This document shows, in pieces, positions 45,722 through 55,167 of a stretch of DNA of 64,000 bases. This stretch comes from Kiritimatiellia bacterium (GTDB lineage: Bacteria > Verrucomicrobiota > Kiritimatiellia > RFP12 > UBA1067), in contig JAZRVL010000036.1 in assembly GCA_045599105.1 (NCBI GenBank), positions 10,778 to 74,777 on the forward strand, in the 5' to 3' direction. Below the pieces are notes generated by a model. The model was given only the letters and a program-made list of their open reading frames with translations, was not told the origin of the DNA and searched no databases. Numbering within the stretch: the stretch's first letter is position 1; each line of letters opens with the position of its first letter. Both the position numbers and the translations under genes were made by a program.

Positions 45722-46515
45722 CGTTTTAATTTAGGCCCGATAAATTCCCATATCTTAAAGAAATACTTCGGGAGCAACATCCCAAAGGTACAGAAATACC
45801 CATTCTCTTTATTACCCCGAACAATCTCTTGATTAAGCGTCAAATTACTCTTCCAATTCTTAGTACTCTTGCCTCCTAAACGCATACAAACAAGACACTT
45901 GTCCAAGTACTTAGCTGCCAAGGCGTTCTTGCGCAAAAAGCGAATCAAGAGTTCATAATCCGCAGCAATCTTGTAGCCAAGCTTGTAATAACCAAGCTTT
46001 TCAAATTGCTCACGGCGAATATACACTCCTGGATGTGGCGGCATCTTCCCCCACTGAAACATCCACACCTTCCAATGCTTTGCTCCATAATAGCGAACTG
46101 TTCGCCCAAAACTATTCACAAATCGAATATCACCGTAGACCACAGAAGCATTAGTCGTCTTAAAGCGTTTAATTACACTGGCAATTACATCGTTGCCATC
46201 TAAATAGTCATCGGCATTAACGATACCAACAATATCGCCAGTTGCCATCTTAATTCCCTTATTGATGGCGTCGTAGAGTCCCTCGTCCTTCTCACTCACC
46301 CGCCGAAAGCTCAACCTCTTCTCAACCTCAACCTTCTCCCTCAACCTCTTCTCCCACTCCCTCACAACCTCCATCGTCCCATCGTTTGACGCCCCATCAA
46401 CTACAATATACTCAATCTCATCCCCCTCATCGAGCTTTTGAGCAAACACACTCTCAATCGCATCTGCAATTGTCTTCTCCGCATTCCACGCTGCTGTAAT
46501 AATCGATACTCTCAT
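45718..46515 (-). CDS. GT2-family glycosyltransferase
   Basis: VSIITAAWN, VVDGASNDGT and NADD. Contains an in-frame hexamer tract at 46311-46355 (REKVEVEKRL). Confidence 0.82.
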   Translation of the reverse strand: MRVSIITAAWNAEKTIADAIESVFAQKLDEGDEIEYIVVDGASNDGTMEVVREWEKRLREKVEVEKRLSFRRVSEKDEGLYDAINKGIKMATGDIVGIVNADDYLDGNDVIASVIKRFKTTNASVVYGDIRFVNSFGRTVRYYGAKHWKVWMFQWGKMPPHPGVYIRREQFEKLGYYKLGYKIAADYELLIRFLRKNALAAKYLDKCLVCMRLGGKSTKNWKSNLTLNQEIVRGNKENGYFCTFGMLLPKYFFKIWEFIGPKLKR

Positions 46516-46542
46516 CGCTTAATATTATACCATAAATCTCCC

Positions 46543-47314
46543 TCACTCCTTCGCCTCGCTCCTCAACCATGTTGCCAAGTCTACAATCCGAATACCTTCA
46601 ATGTCCGTTTCTTCATTACGAGTATGTGCCAGCAGAATTTTCGGATAAGCATCCTTTATTTGCTTCAGCGGCGCAAGCTCCCGTGTACGCGTTTCTGGAC
46701 TTGATATATCGTCCGAAACTTGAATGTATAGTTTCTCGCTTCCTTTCATCGCGACAAAGTCGATTTCCTTCTTGTAAAGCTTACCAACATAGACCTCATA
46801 TCCACGGCGCAAAAGTTCGAGATAAACGAGATTTTCGTAAATACGTCCATAATCCATATTGCGCCGCCCAAGAAGCGCATAGCGAAGCCCAACATCCATG
46901 AGATAAAACTTTCCACTTTGCTCCAAATACTTTTTGCCTTGCACATCATACCGCTTGGCCTCTGAAAAAAGATACGCATCCGTCAAATAGCGCAAGTACT
47001 TTCCGATTGTCACATGATTCGTGGCGACCTTGTTTCGCAACAATTCATCGGCAAGATTATTCGCACTCGTCACATTACCTACATTATCCATCAAGAATTC
47101 TGCAAGCCGCTCCAAAACCGTCGTATCCGAGAGGTTGTATCTAAACGCAATATCTCGGCGTATAATTGTACGGTAGATTTCTTTCAAATATTCGACTCTC
47201 GCCGCCTCGTCCTTATACAAATAGCTCCCTGCCAATCCTCCGGCAACAACATATCGATCAAACGCTGCCTGTATATCCTTCTCGCGCGGAAAATACTTGA
47301 GAAATCAGCTTCAT
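46543..47314 (-). pseudogene. 5'-truncated, frameshifted remnant of a DUF4143-type AAA+ ATPase gene
   Basis: Only the C-terminal part is present (..FDRYVVAGGLAGSYL.., KEIDFVAMKGSEKLYIQV) and the Walker motifs are missing. A remnant ATG at 47314 opens an 18-codon out-of-frame ORF behind an intact promoter cassette. Confidence 0.65.
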
Positions 47315-47362
47315 ATTCCACTTTCAACTTTTGAAATTATTTCACTTTTTGAAACCAATGAC

Positions 47363-47391
47363 ATTGTACCATTCCCTCCTCCCTTCGTCAA
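47363..47391 (-). promoter_or_regulatory. Near-consensus sigma-70 promoter (cassette copy B)
   Basis: TTGACG (complement of 47386-47391), a 17-nt spacer ending in TGG, then TACAAT (complement of 47363-47368). Confidence 0.7.
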
Positions 47392-47470
47392 CCTCCCTCC
47401 TATGTGGCGCAAAGCACCCGCTCGCAATGCGCCGAAGCCGCGCGTCAGCGCCCGCAACTACCGTCCACGG

Positions 47471-47536
47471 CTCAACCTTTCACCTCAACCTAGCGCATCG
47501 CGCGCCCCTCAACCTCAACCTCTCACCTCAACCTAC
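47471..47536 (-). repeat. GAGGTN-type hexamer/heptamer tract, intergenic
   Basis: Plus strand shows repeated CTCAACC / TCTCAC units interrupted by tagcgcatcgcgcgccc. Confidence 0.7.
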
Positions 47537-47566
47537 TTTTACATTTTACACTTTAACTTTTACGCC

Positions 47567-48811
47567 TCACTCCTCTCCCATCAGAAAATCATAAACACTG
47601 ATCGTCTTCACCCCATTATGATCCGGCACAAACGCTTGATCCATTGTAATGATGCACTTCGGGTAGTTGTCTTTAATCTTCTCAAACACGGCTAACTCCT
47701 GCTTCAGCTTCGCCTCATCCTTAACACTCACTGCGACTTGGATATACAATGGACATCCATTATCGCCTTGCGCAACGAAGTCGACTTCTTTATCATCCAC
47801 CTTGCCGGTGCAGACCTTGTATCTTCGCCGCTTCAATTCAAAATAGACAACATTTTCCAATAGCTGTTGAAGCTCAATCGTCGGCGCATTCATCAGATAA
47901 TGGATAAATCCGAAATCCGTGATGTAATACTTGTTGATCTGCTTCAGGAGTTCTCCGCCAACTATGTCGTACCGATCCGGCTTGTACACGAAAAAACAAT
48001 CAGTCAATCGCTCAAGATATGATGTCAGAGTATGATACACGGCACTTTTCTCATTGCGCGTCGCTGCCTCATCCCCAAGTCGATCTACCATACGCTTTGG
48101 GCTCGTCAAACTTCCAATCGTGCTCAAAATATAGCGAATAATCCGTTCAACCAAAAACCGTCCTCGCAAGGATCGCTTCAAAACATCCTTCTCAAGAATC
48201 GCGCGATAGACGCTCTCGACATACTCTCGTTGCATCCGCGAACCATTCGGGAAAATTCTAGCACCGGGCAATCCTCCATACATCAAATACTCTCTGAAAA
48301 GCGCCTCACGATTCTCAAGCGTAACCGTCTTATTCCAAACACTTTCCTTAAACGACAGCGGCAAGACATTGATTTCAACATATCGTCCCGTCAGTCGCGT
48401 CGCCAATTCGCTACTCAAGAGGTCTGCCGTTGATCCTGTCATGTAGATATCAAATCCCGCCTTCACTTGCAGCGAGTCAACTACCTTCTCATACTCGACT
48501 ACATGCTGAATCTCATCGAGAAACACATACAACCGCTTACCATCTTTCTTTGCGCTGATAATCCGTTCATAGAGCTTGTGTCGTTCGAGAAAAGGCTCAT
48601 TCTCCATCTCCTCGAAATTGATACTTAGTATTTGTTCACGTTCAACGCCAGATGCCCTAAGCTCATCGATAAACATCTCAAGAATAGTCGACTTGCCCGA
48701 TCGTCTGAGGCCAGTTACAACTTTTACAATCGGCTTATCCCGAAAATCCCTTAGCCACGAAAGATAATTCTCTCGCGGAATTAGATCAATATTTAAATCT
48801 TTTCCATCCAT
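47567..48811 (-). CDS. AAA+ ATPase with DUF4143-type C-terminal domain (COG1373-like)
   Basis: Walker A GLRRSGKST and Walker B VFLDEIQH. C-terminal KEVDFVAQGDNGCPLYIQV (E-x-D...Q/E-V-K-like nuclease-fold motif). Confidence 0.8.
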   Translation of the reverse strand: MDGKDLNIDLIPRENYLSWLRDFRDKPIVKVVTGLRRSGKSTILEMFIDELRASGVEREQILSINFEEMENEPFLERHKLYERIISAKKDGKRLYVFLDEIQHVVEYEKVVDSLQVKAGFDIYMTGSTADLLSSELATRLTGRYVEINVLPLSFKESVWNKTVTLENREALFREYLMYGGLPGARIFPNGSRMQREYVESVYRAILEKDVLKRSLRGRFLVERIIRYILSTIGSLTSPKRMVDRLGDEAATRNEKSAVYHTLTSYLERLTDCFFVYKPDRYDIVGGELLKQINKYYITDFGFIHYLMNAPTIELQQLLENVVYFELKRRRYKVCTGKVDDKEVDFVAQGDNGCPLYIQVAVSVKDEAKLKQELAVFEKIKDNYPKCIITMDQAFVPDHNGVKTISVYDFLMGEE

Positions 48812-48886
48812 TTAGCGAATATTGTATCATATTTATTGCGAATTTGCAAACTCCACCTGAAATCCGAAGAACTTTGCAATTTCCCC

Positions 48887-48934
48887 CTCTCCACCTCAAC
48901 CTCTCACCTCCGACCTCAACCTCTTCCCTCAACC
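48887..48934 (-). repeat. GAGGTN-type hexamer tract abutting the stop of the four-helix-bundle gene
   Basis: Plus strand: ctctccacctcaacctctcacctccgacctcaacctcttccctcaacc. Confidence 0.75.
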
Positions 48935-49258
48935 CGAGAACCTCCGAATCATCGAATTTAACATTCGGCGAATCTCTACTGCCAATACTTCCACTTCTGT
49001 AGACGGCTCAATATACCCAAGATTAGCTGCTATTTCAAGGTGAGTCATAGTTTCGTATAAACTACCGCGTGCAATGGCAAGAAAATGCGCATAGTCCTTA
49101 TTTGATGCTCTACCATTACCTTCTGCTATATTGGCTGGTATTGATGTAACTGCTCGCCGAAGTTGATCACCAAGAGCAAATCGTTCTTCGCCTGGAAGTA
49201 GCCGGATCTGTCCATAAACTAACTTAACCAACTCCATGGCCTTCTGCCACACCGTCAA
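48929..49258 (-). CDS. Four-helix-bundle protein (23S rRNA intervening-sequence protein family)
   Basis: 109 aa. SIPANIAEGNGR and ARGSLYET motifs are typical of this family. Confidence 0.8.
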   Translation of the reverse strand: MTVWQKAMELVKLVYGQIRLLPGEERFALGDQLRRAVTSIPANIAEGNGRASNKDYAHFLAIARGSLYETMTHLEIAANLGYIEPSTEVEVLAVEIRRMLNSMIRRFSG

Positions 49259-49281
49259 TTGTCTATAAGCATAATTTTCCG

Positions 49282-50641
49282 ATAGTGTATTATTCTTTCT
49301 GTAAATTCATTTCTTAAGGAAAGAAGATGAAAGGACTTCAATAACCGAAAGAAATGGATGACAACCCCGAGGGGTTGCCATCCGCGCCGGCTCGTAGTAT
49401 TCTTTTAATCGTCAAACAAAAAGGAGTACTATGAACACGACAGATGTGAATGATACCGAAATTATCGAAATGATGCAAACGCTTATGAACGAAGGCATGC
49501 AAGGCTTTCCCGCCGTGATGACGAGGATGTACAATCTTGCTATGCAATTCGAGCGTGAACTGCATCTCGGAGCTGGTAAGTACGAACGCTGCGAAGATCG
49601 ACGCGGTTATGCTAACGGATATAAGCCGAAAATACTCTCGACACATGCTGGGAAGCTCAAACTGCAAATCCCGCAAGTACGCGATTCGGATACCCCGTTC
49701 TATCCCCGAAGCCTGGAACGTGGCACTCGATACGAACGAGCACTGAAGCTTGCAGTTGCCGAGATGTATGTCCGAGGCGTCTCGACCCGCAAGGTGCAAA
49801 CCATCTTCGACAAACTTTGCGACATAAACATCACGGCTGATCAAGTCTCGCGAGCTATGCGAGAGATGGACGAGGAACTTGAAGCTTGGCGCAATAGACC
49901 GATTGGAGAGGTTAAAGTTTTATTTGTCGACGCGACCTATCACAAGGCGCGCGTCAATGGCGTCGTTGTTTCGGTGGCAACATTCATCGTTGCCGGAATT
50001 CTAGCGGACGGACATCGCGCCATTCTTGCCGTTGACTCGGATCTCAGCGAGAACGAAGTACATTGGAGGCGAGTTCTTGCAAAACTGGTCGAACGGGGTA
50101 TGCATGGCGTCAAACTGATTGTCAGTGACAGCCACGACGGGCTACGGGCAGCTCGAGAAGCAACACTTCCAGGCATTCCTTGGCAGCGTTGTCAGATGCA
50201 CCTTCAGCAAAACGCACAGGCCCATATCACGAAAGCTGGGCTCAAGGCCGAAGTTGCGGAAGATATTCGGGCGATCTTTCATGCCAGTAGCTTTGAAGAA
50301 GCTCAACGATTGCTCGCCATAGCAGTCGAAAAGTACTCAAAGTGCCAAGCTAAGCTTGCGGCATGGATGGAGGACAATATTCCCGAAGGCTTTACTGTTT
50401 ACTCTTTCCCGTCTGTCGTACGTCAATTCTTGCGAACAAACAATATGGAGGAAAACCTCAACAAGCAAATCAAATCACGAACACGACTCATTCCAGCATT
50501 CCCGAATATTAAGTCGCCTATGCGACTAGTCAGCGCCATCTGCGTCGAAATTAGCGACGATTGGGAAGCTGGTTCTTACAAATATATGTGCGCCATCAAA
50601 GAACTATGAGCTCGGAGCGAATTTACAGAAAAAACACTTGC
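49282..50641 (+). mobile_element. IS256-family insertion sequence (~1.36 kb, boundaries approximate)
   Basis: Imperfect terminal IRs: GATAGTGT..TTTCTGTAAATTC (49282-49309) against GAATTTACAGAAA..ACACTTGC (50619-50641). A single transposase ORF. No target-site duplication is recognisable. Confidence 0.7.
49431..50609 (+). CDS. IS256/Mutator-family transposase
   Basis: 392 aa. Family-wide resemblance (YERCEDRRGYANGY, LFVDATYHKAR, SDSHDGL, WQRCQMH). Confidence 0.9.
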   Translation: MNTTDVNDTEIIEMMQTLMNEGMQGFPAVMTRMYNLAMQFERELHLGAGKYERCEDRRGYANGYKPKILSTHAGKLKLQIPQVRDSDTPFYPRSLERGTRYERALKLAVAEMYVRGVSTRKVQTIFDKLCDINITADQVSRAMREMDEELEAWRNRPIGEVKVLFVDATYHKARVNGVVVSVATFIVAGILADGHRAILAVDSDLSENEVHWRRVLAKLVERGMHGVKLIVSDSHDGLRAAREATLPGIPWQRCQMHLQQNAQAHITKAGLKAEVAEDIRAIFHASSFEEAQRLLAIAVEKYSKCQAKLAAWMEDNIPEGFTVYSFPSVVRQFLRTNNMEENLNKQIKSRTRLIPAFPNIKSPMRLVSAICVEISDDWEAGSYKYMCAIKEL

Positions 50642-50767
50642 ATTGTCCACGAAGATCTTGTCGAGGCTATTGCCGAGCAACGTCAGAGTGGCTGCTATTG
50701 TTTCGGCGAGCGAGCGCGAATCGCCCGCTCGCAATGCGCCAATCGGCGTGCGAGCTCAAGAGGCGAA

Positions 50768-50988
50768 GGAGTGAGCAAGCGATTTAGCGAACTACGAGTC
50801 GACGGCTTAAAAGGCGGAACGACCCGATTTCGACGCACCGGTTTTCGCTAAGCGTAGCGACGAAACACTCTCCGAGGGCGAAAAAGAAAGGTCGCGAAAT
50901 CGATGGAGTACCCGACTTTTATGCCGGAAGTTTGCGTGTATTCACGGCAAACTTAGCGAGAATTTGAGCTAAATCGCTTGCTCACTCC
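50768..50988. repeat. Element E2: perfect 21-bp inverted repeats flanking 179 bp
   Basis: GGAGTGAGCAAGCGATTTAGC (50768-50788) pairs with GCTAAATCGCTTGCTCACTCC (50968-50988). The match extends to ~29 bp if a 13-nt duplication on the right arm is allowed. Confidence 0.8.
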
Positions 50989-51005
50989 CTCGCCTCACTC
51001 CTTCG

Positions 51006-51055
51006 CCTCAACCTTCTCCCTTCCCTCCACCTCAACCTCAACCTCTAACCTCCTT
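51006..51055 (-). repeat. GAGGTN-type hexamer tract overlapping the stop of the methyltransferase gene
   Basis: Plus strand: ctcaaccttctcccttccctccacctcaacctcaacctctaacctcc. It encodes the ..EAKEVRG tail. Confidence 0.75.
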
Positions 51056-51649
51056 CGCCTCACACTTCACTCTCCAACACATACCACATGTCTCAACATT
51101 CTCTTTGCCAAAAACCTCATCCACCGCCCGCGTCACACCAAAGCGCCTATTCGCATTATTGTAATCATGTCCACAAACCGTCTCAATCCCCACCCTCTTC
51201 GCCCACTCACACTCCGCCCTCACATCCTCATACTGATGGCTCGCATCAAAAAACACAGCATCTATCCCACCCATATTCCCTCTCATAAATTCCTCGCTCG
51301 AGCAATTGACAAGCTCAACACCACTTCCACCTAAAATCTGCCGCGTAAATGCCTCATGCACACGACTGGGCAGTCCAAACGGATTCCAGCTAAAATTATC
51401 AATACCAATAACTTTCAGCTTCGGTTTATCCGCGGCAATTCGCTTGGCGGTAAGACCAAACAATGTTCCCACCTCAACGAACGTTCCCTCCTCTGGCAGC
51501 CATCTAACGAGCCCCGCCATCTCTTCCTCGGTAAGCCCTCCCAACGCATCAAGCGCTGTGCTTTTACCATCATATAAATAACTCAATGTCGAGAACGCAC
51601 TCTTCGCTTCCCGCCAATGACAAATAAGCGTTAAAATTCGTTTAATCAT
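51038..51649 (-). CDS. Class I SAM-dependent methyltransferase (sugar O-methyltransferase-like)
   Basis: FVEVGTLFGLTA (motif I) and FFDASHQYEDV. Confidence 0.6.
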   Translation of the reverse strand: MIKRILTLICHWREAKSAFSTLSYLYDGKSTALDALGGLTEEEMAGLVRWLPEEGTFVEVGTLFGLTAKRIAADKPKLKVIGIDNFSWNPFGLPSRVHEAFTRQILGGSGVELVNCSSEEFMRGNMGGIDAVFFDASHQYEDVRAECEWAKRVGIETVCGHDYNNANRRFGVTRAVDEVFGKENVETCGMCWRVKCEAKEVRG

Positions 51650-51778
51650 TTCTTAACCTCCTCGCAAATTCTCATCACTCAACCTCTCACCTCCGACCAA
51701 TGCTCAATTACACTCTCATTTTTCACTTCCTGCTCAATGAATCCATCCCAATCCATGTCCCTCAGAGCCCGCCAAATC

Positions 51779-52801
51779 TCAACCAATCTTCTCATACTCC
51801 TCCTTCATCCCCCTCGCCACCGCCTGCCAAGTATACTTCTCCTCCACAAGCTTCCTCCCTCTCTCGCCCATCTCAATCAATTTCCCCTTCGACATCCTTG
51901 AAATCGAAAGGAATGTTCTCGCCAAACATTCTGGCGAATTATCCACCCACCACCCACACCTTTCATCTTCCAAAACCTTCCATGCCGTCTTTGTACTCGC
52001 CAACGCCGGCCTTCCGTGAGCCAACGCGTCCACAACCGTCGCACCGAAGTTTTCGGTAAAACTCGGCAATATCAAGGCATCACACTTATCATATTCCGCG
52101 CTCAATTCCTCGCCATACTTCGGCCCAACCCACTCGAACATCTCGCCCACGCCGAGCTTATCCGCCTCTCGCTTAAGTTCCGCCATATGCCCAGCTTGAT
52201 CTGGCCCCACAATCCTAAACTTCACCCCAGCCCCTTTCAAATCTTTCGCCGCGCGAACCACATTCATAAGCCCCTTCACTGGATACACTCTTCCCACAAA
52301 CAAAATCACCTTCTCACTTCTACCTTCTCCCTCCACCTTCAACCTACAACCTTCAACCTCATTCGCCACTGGCAAATGTGTCCCAAGCGGAATAATCACT
52401 TGTCGCTTAGCCCCCCAATGCCTATTCCATCCCGCCTCTAACTCCGTAGTTGAATGAATGAGCGCCGCGCGCTTAAGGTCGCGCTTTTGATACAAATACC
52501 ACGGCAAACACTTCTTCCACCATTTATGCTTCATTGACCAGGGCGCCGTCATCCCATGCGTTGACCATACAATTGGAACCCCATTCATCTTCGCCCACAT
52601 CACCGCTCGATGATAAAACCCAAGCCACATCCCATGTATATGCACCACATCCGGTATAAGCGCCTCCTCATTCGTCTCCGGCACCTTCGTAAGAATATGC
52701 GACTCCACCCCCTCCGCGCCCAACGCTGCGCTCAACTCTCTTACGAACGTCGCAACTCCACTCGCCTCAGGAAGCTCATGGGTAAAATGATAAACCTTCA
52801 T
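51779..52801 (-). CDS. GT4-family glycosyltransferase
   Basis: ILPSFTENFGATVVDALAHGRPALAS (E-x7-E region). In-frame hexamer tract in the interdomain linker (52324-52360). Confidence 0.82.
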   Translation of the reverse strand: MKVYHFTHELPEASGVATFVRELSAALGAEGVESHILTKVPETNEEALIPDVVHIHGMWLGFYHRAVMWAKMNGVPIVWSTHGMTAPWSMKHKWWKKCLPWYLYQKRDLKRAALIHSTTELEAGWNRHWGAKRQVIIPLGTHLPVANEVEGCRLKVEGEGRSEKVILFVGRVYPVKGLMNVVRAAKDLKGAGVKFRIVGPDQAGHMAELKREADKLGVGEMFEWVGPKYGEELSAEYDKCDALILPSFTENFGATVVDALAHGRPALASTKTAWKVLEDERCGWWVDNSPECLARTFLSISRMSKGKLIEMGERGRKLVEEKYTWQAVARGMKEEYEKIG

Positions 52802-53373
52802 CTAATCTCCACCTCAACCTTTGACCTCAACCTTCTCTCATTAATCACCTTCGCTGGATTTCCGCCAACAATAGTCCACGGCTCGACATCCTTAACTGCT
52901 ACCGCACCCGCGGCAACCACCGCTCCTTCCCCAATGTTAAGCCCTGTCATAACAATTGCGCGCGAGCAAACCCACGCCATATCGCCAATCTTAATCGGCT
53001 TAGTAATCAAATTAAAAGTCTCGCTCTTAATATCATGACTCGCCGTGCAAATAAACGCTCCTTCGCTCACTACCGCATTCGCCCCAATCGTGATTTCATC
53101 AACCGAATATAACTTTACATTACCATCAATCCAACTATTCTCCCCAATCGTGAGCTTCCACGGCTGCCAAACCTTCGCGCTTCCCTGAATGCGCACTCCT
53201 CTCGCAATCTTTGCGCCAAATAGCCGAAGGATAGCGACTCGCCACCCATTCAAACACCACCTCGGCGTCCACCCGCAAGCAAGCGGCCAAACCACCTCCC
53301 AAATAAGCCGCTTGAGCTTATTCGGATTCTTATTCTGATATTTCGCTAAATTAACTTTCATAGTTGATTCCAA
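52798..53373 (-). CDS. Left-handed beta-helix O-acetyltransferase (WcaF-like)
   Basis: Hexapeptide repeats (IGENSWIDGNVKLYSVDEITIGANAVVSEGAFICTASHD). Confidence 0.85.
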   Translation of the reverse strand: MESTMKVNLAKYQNKNPNKLKRLIWEVVWPLACGWTPRWCLNGWRVAILRLFGAKIARGVRIQGSAKVWQPWKLTIGENSWIDGNVKLYSVDEITIGANAVVSEGAFICTASHDIKSETFNLITKPIKIGDMAWVCSRAIVMTGLNIGEGAVVAAGAVAVKDVEPWTIVGGNPAKVINERRLRSKVEVEIR

Positions 53374-53377
53374 TCTT

Positions 53378-54118
53378 TCAATCTATGCCAATTCCCTCTT
53401 TAAATTGCCGATTAAAATAATGTCTCGCAAGACAATTCATGCCTCCACACAAAATTGCCATAAACTCAGACGGAGAAGCATCCTGCGCAAGATAGCGTGC
53501 CTCTAAATGAGGAAATCGTTCTGTACACACCGTGCCTGGAATACTGCCAACAAGTTTCGAATATCCAGCTTTAAGCGAAAGATCATATATTTTCTGCGAA
53601 AAATGCCCTCGTGGAAAGCATATCTGTTCTACAGGTTGTTGTAAAAAATCTTCAAGCCAAACTCGGGAATCATAAAGTTCATGCCATAGCTGTCTTTCAT
53701 CACACTCCCATATCCGCGCATGACTCCATGTATGCGATTGAAACCTAAATCCTGCCGATTGTAGTTCTATAATTTCACTCTTATTCAAGTATCCAGGCTT
53801 TCCAATAAAATCCACAACCAAATTAGTTGTTGGAAAAATGCCTCGAGAAATAAATGCGTCTCGACAATCATAAACACCACGAAACCCATCGTCTAACGCA
53901 ACTTGGAAAGCACGAGAAGCGTCTGGTGTCTTTGACACTGGCGACCAATTCATTTTACACGCCATATCAACTTGTGATAAAAACTTCGCAAGCTCAGTTG
54001 GAGTTTTGCACACACTCTTGCCATCACAAATATCATGATAAAATACAATTTTACCATGCTCATCTTTCCATAGACGAGATACAATCTCAAGAAACATTCG
54101 CTTTACAACCTGTTTCAT
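53378..54118 (-). CDS. Polysaccharide deacetylase (NodB-homology) family protein
   Basis: ALDDGFRGVYD and FQSHTWSH motifs. Confidence 0.7.
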   Translation of the reverse strand: MKQVVKRMFLEIVSRLWKDEHGKIVFYHDICDGKSVCKTPTELAKFLSQVDMACKMNWSPVSKTPDASRAFQVALDDGFRGVYDCRDAFISRGIFPTTNLVVDFIGKPGYLNKSEIIELQSAGFRFQSHTWSHARIWECDERQLWHELYDSRVWLEDFLQQPVEQICFPRGHFSQKIYDLSLKAGYSKLVGSIPGTVCTERFPHLEARYLAQDASPSEFMAILCGGMNCLARHYFNRQFKEGIGID

Positions 54119-55146
54119 CTATCTAAATTTATTAATGATGTGCAACCGTTAACAAAGCTTTGTAAAGAGATACGATGCGCTAACTCTAGTGATTCTTTTT
54201 GAGCAAGCTTAAACTGCTCATCAGTCATAGTTATGCACTTTTCAATTGCTTGCCTCATTTCTTTTTTGTTAAATGCATCAAAAGTAACACCATTCTTCGC
54301 TCCAATAAAATCTTCTGCAGCACCAATCTGCTTACTTAAAAGAAGTACACATCCAGAAAGCACTCCTTCATGCACAACCAAGCCCCAATGTTCCTCGAGA
54401 CTTGGCAATGCAAAAATACGTGCTTTCTGATAAATTGCCGCTAATTGCTCTGGCTGGACAAAATCATGCACCACAATTGCCGAATCTTGGGGTATTTGAT
54501 CTTTAAGCGCTCCGCAGCCACAAATTTCAAGGCGCCAATCGCGACGCTTTTCTGAAGCAATAGACAAAAATGCTTTAGTAAACGGAACAATATTTTTTCG
54601 TTTACTTAATTCGCCGACAAATACAATTGTTTTGGGACGATTTGTAATTTCACTAATTGAAGTAAATAACCCAGCATCCGCCGAATACATACCTGTGAAT
54701 ACTCTACTTTTTGGTGCCCCATAAAATGTTAGCAACTTTTGACCGCTTTTACCAGGCACTAAATATCCATTAAAAAGTTTACGAAACTTAATCTGGAAGC
54801 GCACTGCCTTTAAGCATTCCTTCCACGAAAAAATAAAGTTATTATCCAACATCGCGAACACGCGACCACCAGAATTTAACACTTGATCTCGCAGACAATT
54901 AAACTCTTCTGTCGCCCATCCATCAATAAATAAAGTATCAGGAACTTTGCCACATAAATCTATAAAACTTGGTTTATCGCCATACTTAATCCAATGCACT
55001 GGACATTCTGTCAATTTATCCATCCCCTGTATTGGGACTTTTGGCGGCGTCGCAACGACCCGACACTCTTCAATTGTTGATGGCACAAAAGCTCGTATAC
55101 AACGCGCTGCATATTGTGGAAATCCTCTCCATGCAAAACAAATCAT
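54115..55146 (-). CDS. GT4-family glycosyltransferase
   Basis: LPSLEEHWGLVVHEGVLSGCVLLLS (E-x7-E region). Confidence 0.78.
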   Translation of the reverse strand: MICFAWRGFPQYAARCIRAFVPSTIEECRVVATPPKVPIQGMDKLTECPVHWIKYGDKPSFIDLCGKVPDTLFIDGWATEEFNCLRDQVLNSGGRVFAMLDNNFIFSWKECLKAVRFQIKFRKLFNGYLVPGKSGQKLLTFYGAPKSRVFTGMYSADAGLFTSISEITNRPKTIVFVGELSKRKNIVPFTKAFLSIASEKRRDWRLEICGCGALKDQIPQDSAIVVHDFVQPEQLAAIYQKARIFALPSLEEHWGLVVHEGVLSGCVLLLSKQIGAAEDFIGAKNGVTFDAFNKKEMRQAIEKCITMTDEQFKLAQKESLELAHRISLQSFVNGCTSLINLDR

Positions 55147-55167
55147 CTTGTTACCTCCCTACTCCAT

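Noticed and set aside
49338-49844. 168-aa ORF antisense to the IS256-family transposase
   Set aside because: It lies inside the transposase gene on the opposite strand. No motif or RBS is present, so it is most likely spurious.
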